Assembly: GCA_013239625.1 (NCBI GenBank)
Contig: MU054575.1
Location: forward strand, 4,071,298 to 4,135,297
Length of the DNA stretch: 64,000 nucleotides
Reading direction: 5' to 3'
Source: Lama guanicoe
Lineage: Eukaryota
Numbering within the stretch: the first letter of the stretch is position 1; each line of letters begins with the position of its first letter. A model generated the notes under the pieces. The model was not told the origin of the DNA and did not search any database. It worked only from the letters and a program-made list of their open reading frames with translations. The position numbers were made by a program, and so were the translations under genes. Positions 1 to 12,700 of this stretch are shown here, one piece after another.

Positions 1-435
1 CAATACCAAGAAAGGTTTTTCTTTTTCCTAAATATTCTCACGGATAATGGCTTCCAGAGGGAATGCAGTTTTTTTTCTTTTTTGTCAACTACATTATGGC
101 CACGTTAATAGCATCCTTTCAAAACTGCTACGAGACCAGAGGACCCGATGACATAGTTTGCAAGAGCAGTTCGTGGCAGAGCCCTCCTGGAGGAAGCCCT
201 CGCCCCAAGTCGGGAGGGAAACCGTGCTTGCACCCCCTGGGAGAGGACCGCCCGGGCTTGGGAGCAGCCAGGGCCGGAGAGGAAAAATGGCAAATCTCGC
301 CGGGTTCCTCCAGGGAAAGGCCTTTCAACGGTTCGTTCACCCATTGGAAAAAGAAATAGAAACTTTACATTAAGTCTTTAGATAACACAGTGAACCAAAA
401 CTTCAAGGGGGGGCGGGTAGGAGGGGGAATCTCAC

Positions 436-1111
436 CGGGGATTTTGCTCGTGAGTTCTTGTCCAAGTGAGAAGTAAAAGATTCCAAAAACTGAGAGGAAA
501 AATTAAATCCCAAACGTCGTCTTCGGTTTTTTCCGTGGATCAACTCAATATCCAGAGGGTCAGAGCGACCCGGAAAAGAGAGGAAACAGTTGCTGAATCA
601 AACGTCCTCTTCTGGCTTTGGAGACCGGGAGTCGGAGGCGTCAGGAGAGGGGAGCGCGACCCCTCGGCGCTGAGCCCGGGGCGCCCCCGCCTCCCCCAGG
701 CCAGCGGTCAGCAGCCAGAGCCCGAGCTCCGGGCCAGCCCTAGCCGCGGGGAGCGCCCTCTTCGCCGTGCCCTCGGCGAGCAGCCGCTCGGTCGCCTCCG
801 GAGCCCGGGAGCGGGGGCCGATCAGCTGAGACCGGCCGACTCGAGGCTGCCCGCGCCGCCCCGGCCCCCCGGAACGCGGGCCCCGGCCCCGGGGGGCGGA
901 GAGGGCGGGAGCGGCGCGGCGCGCCGGACTGGGGGCCCGGGCTCCCCTCGCGTCTCCCCCTCAGCCCGGGCTCCGCGCTGCGGGACGAGCCCCCGGCTAC
1001 TCCCCAGTCGCAGAGAAGGGATTCCGGGGGATGGGCCCCCTGGCGTTGCCCCTCCTCCCGGAGTGCCCCCTGCCCAGGATAGACAGAGCGGCGACAGGCC
1101 CAGCCGCTGGG
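436..1111 (-). other. KDM2A: Probable non-coding first exon (5' UTR) of KDM2A; 5' end runs into the N gap at 1112-1257; coding exons lie left of the window
   Basis: Minus-strand donor CCG|GTGAGA at 436/435 at the edge of a large CpG island. Gene identity comes from the conserved same-strand order SYT12-RHOD-KDM2A; no coding sequence is in the window. Confidence 0.65.
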
Positions 1112-2700
1112 NNNNNNNNNNNNNNNNNNNNNNNNNNNNNNNNNNNNNNNNNNNNNNNNNNNNNNNNNNNNNNNNNNNNNNNNNNNNNNNNNNNNNNNNN
1201 NNNNNNNNNNNNNNNNNNNNNNNNNNNNNNNNNNNNNNNNNNNNNNNNNNNNNNNNNACTGCGCAGGCGCCGCCTCCCCACCCCTCCTCCTGCTCACCTC
1301 TCCACCCCCCAACCCCTTTTCAAGCCTCTCTTCGCTTCTTACCGCTCTCCCGGGTGCACGTGAACGCGCACGCGTCACTCCCCTCTAACGCGGCCAGTCG
1401 GCCGGCGCGCGCACGCGCGGAAGCGTCGGCCTCGAATCGCCCGCGCCCGGCGACGCCGACGCGGCTCCCCGCCCCCCCTCGCGTCAGCCTGCCCGCCCTC
1501 CTGCCAGCCCACCGCCCCCGCTCCCCGTCGGCCTTCTTCCAGGGCTCGGGCCCGGCCCGCTGCTCACGCCTGCGCACAGGCCACGGATCCTCCTCCGCGA
1601 GCGCCCTACCCCCCACACGCCCTCGCTCGAACACACACTTTGCCTCTGTGACCCCGCCCCTCGCCGGCCAGCTGCGCCCGCGGCCCTCCACTCTTCCCCT
1701 TCAACCGCCCTCTGCCCTAGTCAAGCCCGTCACAGTCACACAACCTGAGGGCCGGACGGCCTGGGCAAGGGCAGCTGTTGCCCGCCTCAAAGCAGGGTCT
1801 CCCGGGGTCAGGCCTCTGGGCCCAGCCGGCCAGACTGCCCAGGGCGAGGGGGCACAGGGAAGGGACGCCTTCCCGCCGGCTGCCCTCCCCTTGCGCGCCG
1901 ACCGATGGGCCGAGGCTGGCCTGCCCGCCATCCCCGGGCAGGCCCTGGCGCCCCCGCCGCGGGGCCCGTCCGCCCTCGGCACGGGGGGCTCCTCGGTGCA
2001 GCAGCCCGGCCCCGCCTCACCCACTCCTCGCCGCTCCGAAGGGGCAGGAAACGGGAGTAGCATGTCTGTCCTGGGCTCGGCTCCCCCGGGGGGAGCTCCG
2101 GGCGCTTGACAAGGGCGTCCACGGGTACCAGGCGCGGGAGTGGTCTCCGCGACGGCCCGGGGGCGGTGGCAGCTCGCGCGCCCACCGCGGGCCAGAGGCG
2201 CCCGGGGAGATGGCCCTGGAAGCCCCTGCGCCCCGGCCACGCTCAGGTTTCCGCAGCGCCCGTGCCCCCGGCGGCCTGGGTGGGACGTGACCCCGCCCCC
2301 GGCGAGTCGGGGCGCCCCCCACGGAGGGGTGCGCGAGCAGTCCCAGGCCCCCGGGCCCACCCCGCCGCCTCGGGCCGCCGCGGGCGCGGGAGGCCTGGCC
2401 GGGAAGATGTCTTCTCTCGGTGTGCGCAGCTTCGCGCGAGGGTCAGCGACGGGGCATCGGCCGCCCGAGCCGCGCCGGCCCTGCCCATGAACGGGCTCCC
2501 GCGGCTCGACAGCTGCCCGACGGGCTAGCAGGCTGGGGACGTCGACAGAGCCTGGCCAGAGGTATCTGAGCAACACCATGCGAGCAGCCCAACCGCGATC
2601 AGGGCATTTCCCCAGCCAATCTCGTGCTTTGGGGCCCGTTTAAATTATAAATCCCATAAAGGACCGTGGCTTGGGCGTTAGGCAGCCGGGTCGGCACTCT
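620..2700. promoter_or_regulatory. CpG island / promoter of the left-hand gene (probably KDM2A)
   Basis: Very high GC and CpG density; NRF1-like TGCGCAGGCGC at 1260-1270; E-box CACGTG at 1357-1362; GC boxes. Confidence 0.9.
1112..1257. other. Assembly gap
   Basis: Run of N. Confidence 1.
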
Positions 2701-5700
2701 TGACTCCACTACACTAGCTGAGAGGTGTCACACAGATCTTTTTTTTCTCCCTGCCTTGGTTTCCCACTCTTTAAACGTTTGATTCCTGGGATCCTGGGAT
2801 GGAGGAGAGAGGAAAGGCATGGAGTGAATCATAATTTCCATAAACAACCTTCAACTCTTTTAGGAAGACGCTAGAGAAGGACAATTGAAATAATGATACC
2901 TTCTATTTTTATCAAGTTTTGAACTCTAGGGTAAAGGTACTGTGTAAACCCAAGATATTATTATTTATCACCACATGAGGTTTTTCTACATGCAAACTTA
3001 GGGAGTTTTACAGACATTTTCTACTTTGTCTCACAACATCTTTAGGAGACAAGCTAAAGTGCCTGGTAGCATTATACTCATTTCAAGGAGAGACACTTGA
3101 AGTACAGAAAGGTTAAACAGCCTGCGTAACTACTCTAACAAGGAGGAGTTTAGCCCTCTGCAATACCAGACTGCATCTTACAACCGACAACAACAAAAAG
3201 GTTTGTTATTACGGTATGACCCTCTCACCAGTCATTGGGAAATATTCTTTATTCTAATACCAGTTTTGTTCAGACTTCTTAACTTTTCAGAGCAAATGAA
3301 GATCTTTACCCAAATTTTATCAGATTTTAAAGCCTTTTTAAATCTTTCAGACTATAGTAAAATATACTTAAAAGGCAGCAGTCTTTAATACTGGTTCTAC
3401 CAGATGTAATCCCATAGACATCTGGCTCTCTGCAGGTATAGAAAACGGCAGCATCTTGTCTGTTTTTAAGAAGGAGAGAAAGACTTTAGCCATTGTCAGA
3501 TTAAGTAAGTGTTGGGCCTCATTACTATTTGAAAATAAATGGCTTTATTTCCTTCCCACTCAACCCTGTAAACCCATGAGATACTTGGGGGCAAAGAGAG
3601 AGAAAAGGAGGTCTCTAGCTGAAGCTGAATTTGGTCTTGCCCTTTTTCTTAAAACCCAGGGACCCTTAATGTAATCAACCCTCAGTGAACTGAGTTGCTC
3701 ACTTTCAGGGGACAAATGCCTCCTGAAGGTTTAACTCAGGTGGGTATGCTGGGAAGCAACCCAAGCCGACTCCAGGAACACTAGTAGTAGTACTTACTTG
3801 AACAGGACTGCAAGTAAAGGTTTGTCACATTGCAGCCAGCTCTCTTCCAGTTGAAAACCATTTGTTAACTAGTCTGCACTGGGGGAAATGACGTTTAAAC
3901 AGAGATACACAATGGTTTCTCCACAGGCAAGCTTTGTTAATATTCCAAAGCAGATGTGCAGAGTGAGGTAAGAGATAGGCAGATGGCTAGTGATACCCCC
4001 ACCATCACAATGGCTCTGGTTGGCAAGGGCATGTCATGAGGCTCACTGCTTTGCCCTGAAAGAGCTGATTTCAGTGAAAATAGAACTTGGGGATTCCCCC
4101 AAGAAGGCCACTAGAAATATGAATAACTATATGGCTTCAACTGCAGCTGCAGGGAGAGGAGGAGAGTAGTGGGTGGAAAGAAGGAAAGAAAAATTCCCTC
4201 TAGAAGCATTGAGAAGAGGATTTCTGACTGGAATAAGCTGGTGCCTTAAAAAGATATTAACGAATCTCTGTTTTCTTGAGCAAAGCTAAAACCCAACAAA
4301 TGTGGAGAGTCAAAACTGCAGATCACCCATTTCTTTGGGGAGACTTCAGTGAGTGAAAAGAGAACCCTGTAGTCTTGTCAACTAAATTAAACTATTTCCA
4401 GTTTCTCTGCACTCCCTAAATGTTAAAGAGGAAGTATGGATGTCCCAAACAGTGTAGGTCTAAACCAAAATAGAAAAGTTGGTCTTGAAGATCCCCTGGG
4501 AGGTAGCATAGCCAGTAATTTAAAAGCTTTAGCATCAGAGACTGAAGGTCTACTCTGCTAGCTACCAGCTAGTCAGTCAATCCTAATGATCTCTTCAAAA
4601 CCTGGGATTTTTATCTGCAAAGTGGGAAAAAACCCTAACTCTCAGGATGAAATGAATAAAATGAATAATGTCCTAAAACTCAGCATCTGGCATGTAATAG
4701 CCATGGGTTATGAGCATTTACTTTGTTTCTGACCTCCAGTTTTAAGGAAAGTTTTAATTAAAGATACTTTAATATTTAAGCAAATTTACATAGAGTGTAA
4801 GCAGTGTCTTATTTATAGCTTTTCCTCTTTCCTTTCCTAGCCCCTAGTCTCTCCTCACCAACCCCTGGTGTCTCTGATCTCCATTTTTCTCTCCTCCCTG
4901 ACTGTCTGCCTCTCCCTGATCATCACCTGATCATCGTGAGGTCTCTTTCTTTTCACACTTCTCTCCATCACTCTGCTGCTCCCAACTGCTGTGTGCGTTC
5001 CTCTCTCCCAGCCCCATGCATGTCATCTACTCGGTCATCAGCAGAGTAGACCTTGCTTGCCCACTTCCCTTTACCCATGTTTGGTGAACTCTAATCACAT
5101 GTTCTCTAGTTTTGTAACTTAATCATCTCCTGAACATCTCCCTCCACCCACCTCCACTGGACTGTAAGTTCCTTGAAGGCAGGAGTCATATCATATCTGT
5201 ATCCCTCAAAAGATCTTCCATAATCGGTATCACATACTTACTGTGTCAACTCTAAGCAAGGATAAAAACTAGGTGTTGGGTGATTATGAGTTTTAAGGGA
5301 TAGAAAGTTTTCTTTTGAGTCTGAAAGTAAAATCTGAATTGATCAGGAAAAAAAGGAAGTCAGAAGTGCCCTGCAGATTCTCATATCATTGAACATGGAT
5401 GGCTCGTGAGATTCTTGGAAGTTTCATAGAACATGACTGACCCTTTCCTTGGGACTACAGGACCAAAGCCCTCCCTGGCCCAGTCTCCTTACTGCCATTT
5501 TTTTCTAGCCATTTGGCCTGTGTTTGTGCAGACTCGCCTTTCCTGAGCCATGGGGTTGATTTCGGCTATGGGGTAGCAGGAGCAGCATCTGGGATCCACC
5601 TGCTCTATTAGCAGCCATAGCTTTGCCTCGGGGCCAGGCCACTCTCACTCCCACTTCTAAAAGGGAGAAACTTCCTGTCCTTCCTGAGAGGAGAGTGGGT

Positions 5701-6899
5701 CTGGAAGATGCTGAGCCCTGTCTCACTATACGTGTGTTTAGTTATTGGCACCCAAGGGTTTCAAGGATCTGTTTGCAAACTTGTGCTTGTTTGCTGCCTC
5801 GGCTAGTGATGTGGGGCACCCCAGCCACATCCCCAAAGGGCTAGTTGCCTAAACTCTTAGGTGTGTTTCTAGATCCTCCCAAAGTGTCTGATCTTTGCCC
5901 GTCTTCTTCAAGGGCATTGAGCCTTTTGTCAGCTTCGGCTAAGTCTGGTACTATTTCAGCTGCTTTGTGAGGGCCTTTACCAGCTGTTTGTTATTAGCCC
6001 AGTCCCTTAGTCTATCAGGAACTTCTTTAATAAAGCAAAGATCAAAAACTCCACCCTGTTTCCTCCTAGGATTTTTGAGGAGTCAAGTGGGCCAATGGAC
6101 AGCTTCCTATGGAAGCTGGAAGATAATATATTTAGAAAGGATTGCTGGTTCTCCTATTTCTTTGTATTTCTTTTTTTTTTCCTACAATAAAGATTTGTTT
6201 TGTTACTGAGAATCTCGTGCTTAACACTAAATTAAGTGCTTGGATGGAGAAGGGAGATTTGCAAAATTAGAAAGCTTGGCTTTTACCATTGAAGACTTTA
6301 CATTATAGCAGAGATGCTGTGAAGATATGACATACTAAGAGAACAACCATCATGACAGTGAATCACTGGAAGACAGTGTAGACAATAAGAATTGGGTATA
6401 GAATTCCACATGGCTGTAGACCCCATGGGGCAGGAAGTTTTGTTCATTTTGTTCATGTTCACTGACGCATGGCTGGTGCCTAGAACAGTGCCAGGCAGAT
6501 TTGGCACTCACTCGTAGGTGTTTAATGAATCAATGAAGACAGCAGTGATGCTATTGAAGCACAGAGGAGTGTGAAGGCTGGAGGGCTTTGAACGCTTGCA
6601 GAGAAGTTTGATTTTGACAGAGTAAGAGAGGCACATACGTCCTGGGGCAGAGGGTTGATGTAACAACAGTTATTCCAGGTAAACTGGAATACCTACAGCT
6701 GTCACTTCAGCTAGAACAAGATGATAGAAAGTAAAGCCCGTACTACAGCAAATCGAGCCAGGAGGGAAGTATGTGAATCTTAGACCAAGTTCTTCATTTT
6801 TTTTATTCCAGCTTCTTTTGAAGCTATAGAGTCCAAATCGGAGCACAACTTTCTTTTTTTTTCCAGAGCACAACTTTTGATGTGATATTATAAACTTAA

Positions 6900-7760
6900 T
6901 ATCTCCACCCAATTGTTTTCAAAATGCATCTTTAACTATACTACTGTTCATTATATTTAAAGTATGTAATTTTAAAATAACAATCTCCTTTTGTTCCAAA
7001 ATGCTTACTCAATATGTAAACTCTGAAATGTGTCCAGTATTCTTTTTCTTTCCGGCTAAATCTATTTTTGCTCTCTCTGGGGAATTGCAAGAAAGTATTG
7101 ACTTCATTTAAGGTGAGATTCCCATGTTACATTTTTTGCAATTATACTTGATTTGCCACAGCTTGGAGTTCATATTTTGATTTGATCATAATTACTAGAC
7201 CTGCTTCTGCTGTTGATCTAATTGTCTTCTTTTTTTGGTGAGCCACTTATCTTTAGTTAATTGTCTATTCTTGTATAATTTTATTGGTGTAAGGAATGTG
7301 GGAGATACTACATCTATATCTTAATGCTTTATTATCAAACTGATTAGAAAGTTTACCCATCTATATTTTGAATGCGTAAGTTTATACTGGTAAAGGTTTA
7401 TGTTTTGTATAAATGTTAATATTTTTATAATAAATTTTAGCATTTTCTATTTTACTTCCGTATTTTGTACTCATTTACTGTTGCCTATATTTTATGCATT
7501 TTTATAGTCACCAAATTCAGAAAAGTGGGCAAATTGAATTCTCAATTCCAGCTTGCTGAAAGATGAAATATACAATTGGCAGAGGCTTCCCTTTTCTGAA
7601 CTCACATTATTCCTCTTGAAGGGACCATATTTCTTTCTATATGCATTTAAGTTGCTCCTTAATACACAGGCATGTAATTTGAATGCTGTTGATATTGAAC
7701 AATGCCACTAATTTCCCACACTTTCTCTTCATCCTCTGGTGTGTTTCTGATTAAACCAGT
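6900..7760 (-). mobile_element. AT-rich degraded stretch, possibly an ancient L1 fragment
   Basis: T-rich composition without a long ORF, contrasting with the GC-rich surroundings; no diagnostic motif recognised. Confidence 0.3.
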
Positions 7761-9194
7761 CACCCACTGTCTCACAATTGATTGGATCTCTGTATGACCA
7801 TTATCATCAACCACAAAATACATGTCAATTTCTAACTACCTGCTGGGTCTTCAAGATTTAAAATATAAGAGCTGGACCCTGCCCTCAAGAAGCTTACAGC
7901 TTAGAGAAGAAATAACAAATGATTACTTTGAAAATGCCAAACTGTATAGACAGCCAGCAGTGGCCGAATTGGAAAGGGGAGAAGTGAAGCCAGCTCCGGC
8001 GCTGTGGCAGTACTCCCCCTCCTCCAGGACCGCATGGTGTGTTTCCTTGGGGCTGCCCTAGCTTTTCCCCCAGAGTGCCTGCTAGGTCCTCCTCTACTTA
8101 AAGGGGATATTAGCACTGAATTACAGAATCTTAGAATTGACATGGAGCTTGGAGGTCATTTAATCCAACTTGCTCATTTTAAAAACTGGCAGTCTGAGGC
8201 CCAAAGATGTTAAGCAGCTTGGCCAAGGTCATGCAGCTAGTTTAGTAATGAAATTGGAACCGTAAACTATGTCTTCTGATAGCTGCTTTTCCTGCTACTC
8301 CTCAGACTGATGGCATTTTTCACCATCAGATCAACTGTGTGTTCATTAATTCCTTCCGCCGAAAGAGCACTCGCTTGTTTGAGACACTGTGCTTGGCACT
8401 GGGGTTGCAAGGTGAGTGTGAATGATACCATGTTGCAGGGGGAGGGGTGCAGGTGATGGGGGGGTCAAGTGACCATATAAATTAGACTCCAAACTGAGAC
8501 CCTTTGAAACAGTGAAAAGGTCTAATAATATTAGGTGAAAACCAAGACACGTGCCACGATGGACACCAGGTCTACGCAGGATAGATACAGGATCTCTACA
8601 GGATACTGTGAGGGCATAAAGGTGGGAGGGACCGATTCTGCTATGGGGGAGGGGTGTCCAGGCAGGGAAGTCTTCATGAAGGAAGTGATGCTTGAAAGTT
8701 ACTAAGGTTTCGATGTTCACCAAGAAGACAACGAAGGAAGGGTGCTTCCCACCCCTGGTGTGCTCGAGAAACAGCAGGACAGCCGACAAGAACTGAGCCT
8801 ACAGAGGGAATCCTAGCCTAGTGGACCTCTCCCACCATATTCAGCAAGTGAATGGGGCTTTGTCCTTTGTAGGGGATGAGTAATTTGTTATCCAGGCAGC
8901 AGATATTTACTGAGTATCTAGTAGGTAGCAGGCACTGTTGTAGGCACTGGGAATATCGTGGATGAGGCAGATACTTGCTCTGAGAGGCAACATGGCATAG
9001 TGGTTCAGCAGGGACCCTGGCAATGAACACATCACCTCTCTTGAGCCACACAGCTCCAGGGTTTCGGTTTCCTCATTTGTAAAATAGAGTTGAGTCCCTC
9101 CTCCTAGGTCATTGTTACAGTATCTGAGTGAGTTAACATTCACAGTGTTAGAACAGCACCTGGAATATAGTAGATGCTTATAAACAAGTTGGTA

Positions 9195-9331
9195 GGGGAG
9201 GATATAGCTCAAGTGGTAGAGTGCATGCTTAGCATGCACAAGGTCTTTGGTTCAATCCCCACTACTGCCTCTAAAAATAAAATAAACCTAATTATCCCCC
9301 ACTAAAATGAAGAAAAAGAAAAAATTTTAAA
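9195..9331 (+). mobile_element. Camelid tRNA-derived SINE (vic-1-like)
   Basis: GGGGAGGATATAGCTCAAGTGGTAGAGTGCATGCTTAGCATGCACAAGGTC..GGTTCAATCCCC, AAACCTAATTA tail, A-rich end, imperfect TSD aaacaagttggt/aaccaagtttgt. Confidence 0.85.
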
Positions 9332-9414
9332 AACCAAGTTTGTGAAATAAAAGTTACAGTTAGTTGGCAGAACCACAGCAAATTATTTATTAAAGTCTAT
9401 GAAGGAAATAGGAA

Positions 9415-10300
9415 TGCTTCTCTGAGGAGGTGACATTGGAGTTGAGATTGTATGATAAAAGGGAATGTTCCAGGGAGAGGGACAACTTTAGCAAAGGCCC
9501 TGGGTGGGAAGGGGCATTGAGGTACTCAGAAGGCAGCAGGCCAGAGTGGCTGAGGCAAAGCCATGTGAGATGAAATCACAGAGTGGCGAGATGGGTCACA
9601 GAGCCTGCCGTGAGCTGAGCGTGTACTCCCAGGGCAGGGGCAACCCATGGTGGTTGTGGAAGCAGGGGAATGACAAGGTCAAACTTATGTTTTGGGCTAG
9701 CACTCTGAGGTGGGAAATCCAGGCAAGCAGGGAGCTGGGCCAAAAGGATGGGGTCACATTGGCACTCTTGAGGCTGAGAGACTCTGTAAGGACAGCAGTG
9801 GTGAGCAGTCTGCACCTAAGTTGGAGATCCGAGAATCAGCAGTATCAGGTTACAACCAGGGGAGGAACAAGAATGGCCCATGGAAAGTGTAGAAGGAAGC
9901 CAGAATCCCAGGGATGGAGCCCCATCAGGAAGGTTCATGCCTGACCCATTGTAGGTGCTCAGTTACTGCTTGAAGAATGAATGGATGTAGGAAGTGGCCT
10001 ACAGAGGAAGAGAAGCTCAAAGAGGTAGGACACCAAGAATGAAAGCAGTGTGGAGGAGAGTGTCAAGCAGGAGGGAGGGGTTGAGATGCGAGATGAAGCT
10101 GGAAGATGGCCCCTGGATGGGGAACCACTGTGACATCACTGACCTTTGACAGCAGGGTCGGTGCAGTTGGGAGTGGGGGCGGAATGCTGTCAACAGAGAA
10201 CAACTGGGAAGTAAGAAGAGATGGGGAGCGTACACTCTTCTTTCAAGGAATACGGCGGTGAAGGGAAGAGCAGAAGGAAGGAAACAAGCTTGCGTGTGGT
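9415..10300 (-). mobile_element. Degraded L2 LINE fragments
   Basis: Purine-rich L2-antisense-like text (GAGGAGGTGACATTGGAG, GTGCTCAGT..TGAAGAATGAATG, GGAGTGGGGGCGGAA). Confidence 0.5.
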
Positions 10301-12370
10301 CCTCAAGAACGTGTCAGGAGACAGAAAGGGCTTGAAAATGGAACCCGGAAATAAGGAATAAGGGTTAAAGCAGGAGATGCTCAGTGTGGAACAGCCCAGG
10401 GGGTGGGAGACAGCTCTGGCCCCGGGATTAGCTCTGGCTGGAGGACAACATGCCTGCCTCGGAAACCAGAGAGAGGTTGGGAGGGAGGTCATCTCAGGGG
10501 CACGGGGGTGAGAGGCTGAGGGAGTTCACACTTGGAATAGAAGCTTGGGCGTGGGGAAAGCAGTGTCACTGAAGCAGGCTTTGAATTCCAACCCCTTTCT
10601 CTCTGCCAGAAGCCGTATCTTATTGCCCTTAACTTCCTCGAAGGGAGAAACAGAACCAGTGACAGTAGGAAGCCCCCTTCCTATGACCACTGGTCATGCC
10701 AGAGGTCAACGGGGACCCAGGCAGGTGCTCCACACAGAAAGGTGAGCTTGGAGTCCAAAGCAGGGCACTGTGGCCCCAGCTGACAGATAAACAGGAGTCT
10801 CCACCCTGACTCTCCGGCACCACCTGGCCAGCAACTTCACTGCTGGAGCGTCTCCTGGATTCTTCTGTGAGGGATGAGGTCTCCTACATGACCCTCCCCT
10901 CCGCTCCCTGTGCCCTCCTCTGCCTCCAAACCCCCAGTGCACAAGGCCTTCCCTGCTGCCCCCGTCCCCAGTTCCCACAGAGCCCACCCAATTTGGTCTG
11001 ACATTTACCGTGTGCCCTCTTGCGGTTAAAAATCCCTAGAATGTCTTATTCTCCCTTGAGAGGAGGAAGCCACCTGAAAGTCCGTGTTCCCTCCACTGTG
11101 TCGGGAATGATACTTTGAAAATAGTCATTTTTTCTCCCCCACTAAATGCTTGTGAGGATAGTGTGAGCAGCCGCTAGGATACAGCAAACTAGAGGGCTTG
11201 CCAGGAAAGAGGTGGACTCTGTAAAGTAACTGTCAGCTATCAAAAGTAACTCAAATGGGGTGAAAGGATGGGAGGAAGGGGATGTTGAGTCACTTTGCCA
11301 GGCAGACCCAGCCAGTGGGAGGTGGAGTTAGAGGAGGGGGCCTGGGGAGAAGGAGCTGGTGGTGACTTTGGCCCAGGATAGGAATGGGTTAGTCACTGAC
11401 TGCCACAGAAGTTTCCAGAGAGAAGTGTAGTGTATGTTCAAGGCAAGAGCTGTGAAAAGCAGCTTTGGCACTGTACTAGGCGCCTGGCGGGCCGTTACTG
11501 GAGACCTGATGCCGGGGGTAGGAGATGGTAATGTGCAGGGTGGACAGTCAGAGACTGGAGTGAGACAGTGACCGAGGAACGGGGAGAGGAGTCAAAATGC
11601 CTCAGAGAAAGACCAGTGCTTGGCGGAGGGCATGGAGGGAGGAGGTGTTGGAACTCACATAGTCTAAGCTTTGCCCTGGAAAAAGGGCAAAGGAAAAAGG
11701 AAAGTGAATGAACATTGCACTGGTGGTCCCCATCCAACTCTATTCAAAGGGTGGTTCCTATAGGTACCCGGTGTCTTTCTTGGAGATCCCCCACCCCGGT
11801 GGTCCTGAGGGAGAGTACTGGCATCTTCCCTCTGTGGAAGCTGAAGGGGCCAGCCCCTCCTCTCCTCACCTGGTGCAGCTGGAGGTGTTTTGTGATGTAG
11901 GTGTGACCCAGCAGACCCTTTCTTGCAGGATGCTGACACCTAAGCAGGAGACCTTAGGAAGTGAGGGGATCATTCCTACCTGGCAGCCGGTTCCTACTAA
12001 GCCACTGGCAGTGGGGCCACAGAGCTTCTTAGCTTCCCACCAACCCAAACCTGGTCCTCCCACCCCCATCAATTCTGGGAGCCACCTCTGCCACCATCTC
12101 CACCACTACACACAGACGTGCTTTCCTTAAATTCCCCTCTGCTTAGCTGGAGTCAGTTTCTGTTGTTTGCAACCAAGAACTCTGACAATCTGAGAATTCA
12201 ATCCTGTTAGTTCCAGGCTGTCAGATTCCTCTGCAGATGTGCAGTTTGCAGAAGAATTCAGAACTGCAGTTTGGTTCACCTCCTTAGTCTCCTAAGTGCC
12301 AGAGGCTGTATACCGAGTTCTGAGGATGGAAAGATGAACACGGGCCCTGGTCTCCATGTAACAAGTGAGT

Positions 12371-12700
12371 GTGTCTTAGTTTGAGTTCATCGGGAAGCAA
12401 ACCCTGAGACAAAGATTCAAGTGTAAGTAGTCTGGGAAGTGGTCCTGGGGAGCACAGCCCAGGGAACAGGGAACTAGACAAGGAGGGGAGGGAAGGCCAG
12501 CGGAGGGGACATGGTCAGGAAAGTGGTGGGCCACTGAGCTCAGCTTGGCTGGGGTCTGGGGGAGACAGTGTAGCAGAGTCCTCAAAGTGTCATTTATCCA
12601 CCAGCTGCCATCTGTCATTGGTGGAGGGCTGCCTCCACAGGCCATGGGCTCCCTGGCCCTTTGACTGCCTGTGTCAGAGTTAGCCACCCTCGGGCAGAGC
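12371..12700 (-). mobile_element. ERVL-type solo LTR fragment (LTR16/LTR33-like)
   Basis: TGTCTTAGTTTGAGTTC..GAAGCAAACCCTGAGACAAAGATTCAAGTGTAAGTAGT resembles the antisense 3' end of these LTRs. Confidence 0.55.

Noticed and set aside
466-2109. 547-aa plus-strand ORF and overlapping ORFs
   Set aside because: CpG-island artefact: Pro/Arg/Ala/Gly-rich, stop-poor because of GC content, and spans an N gap.
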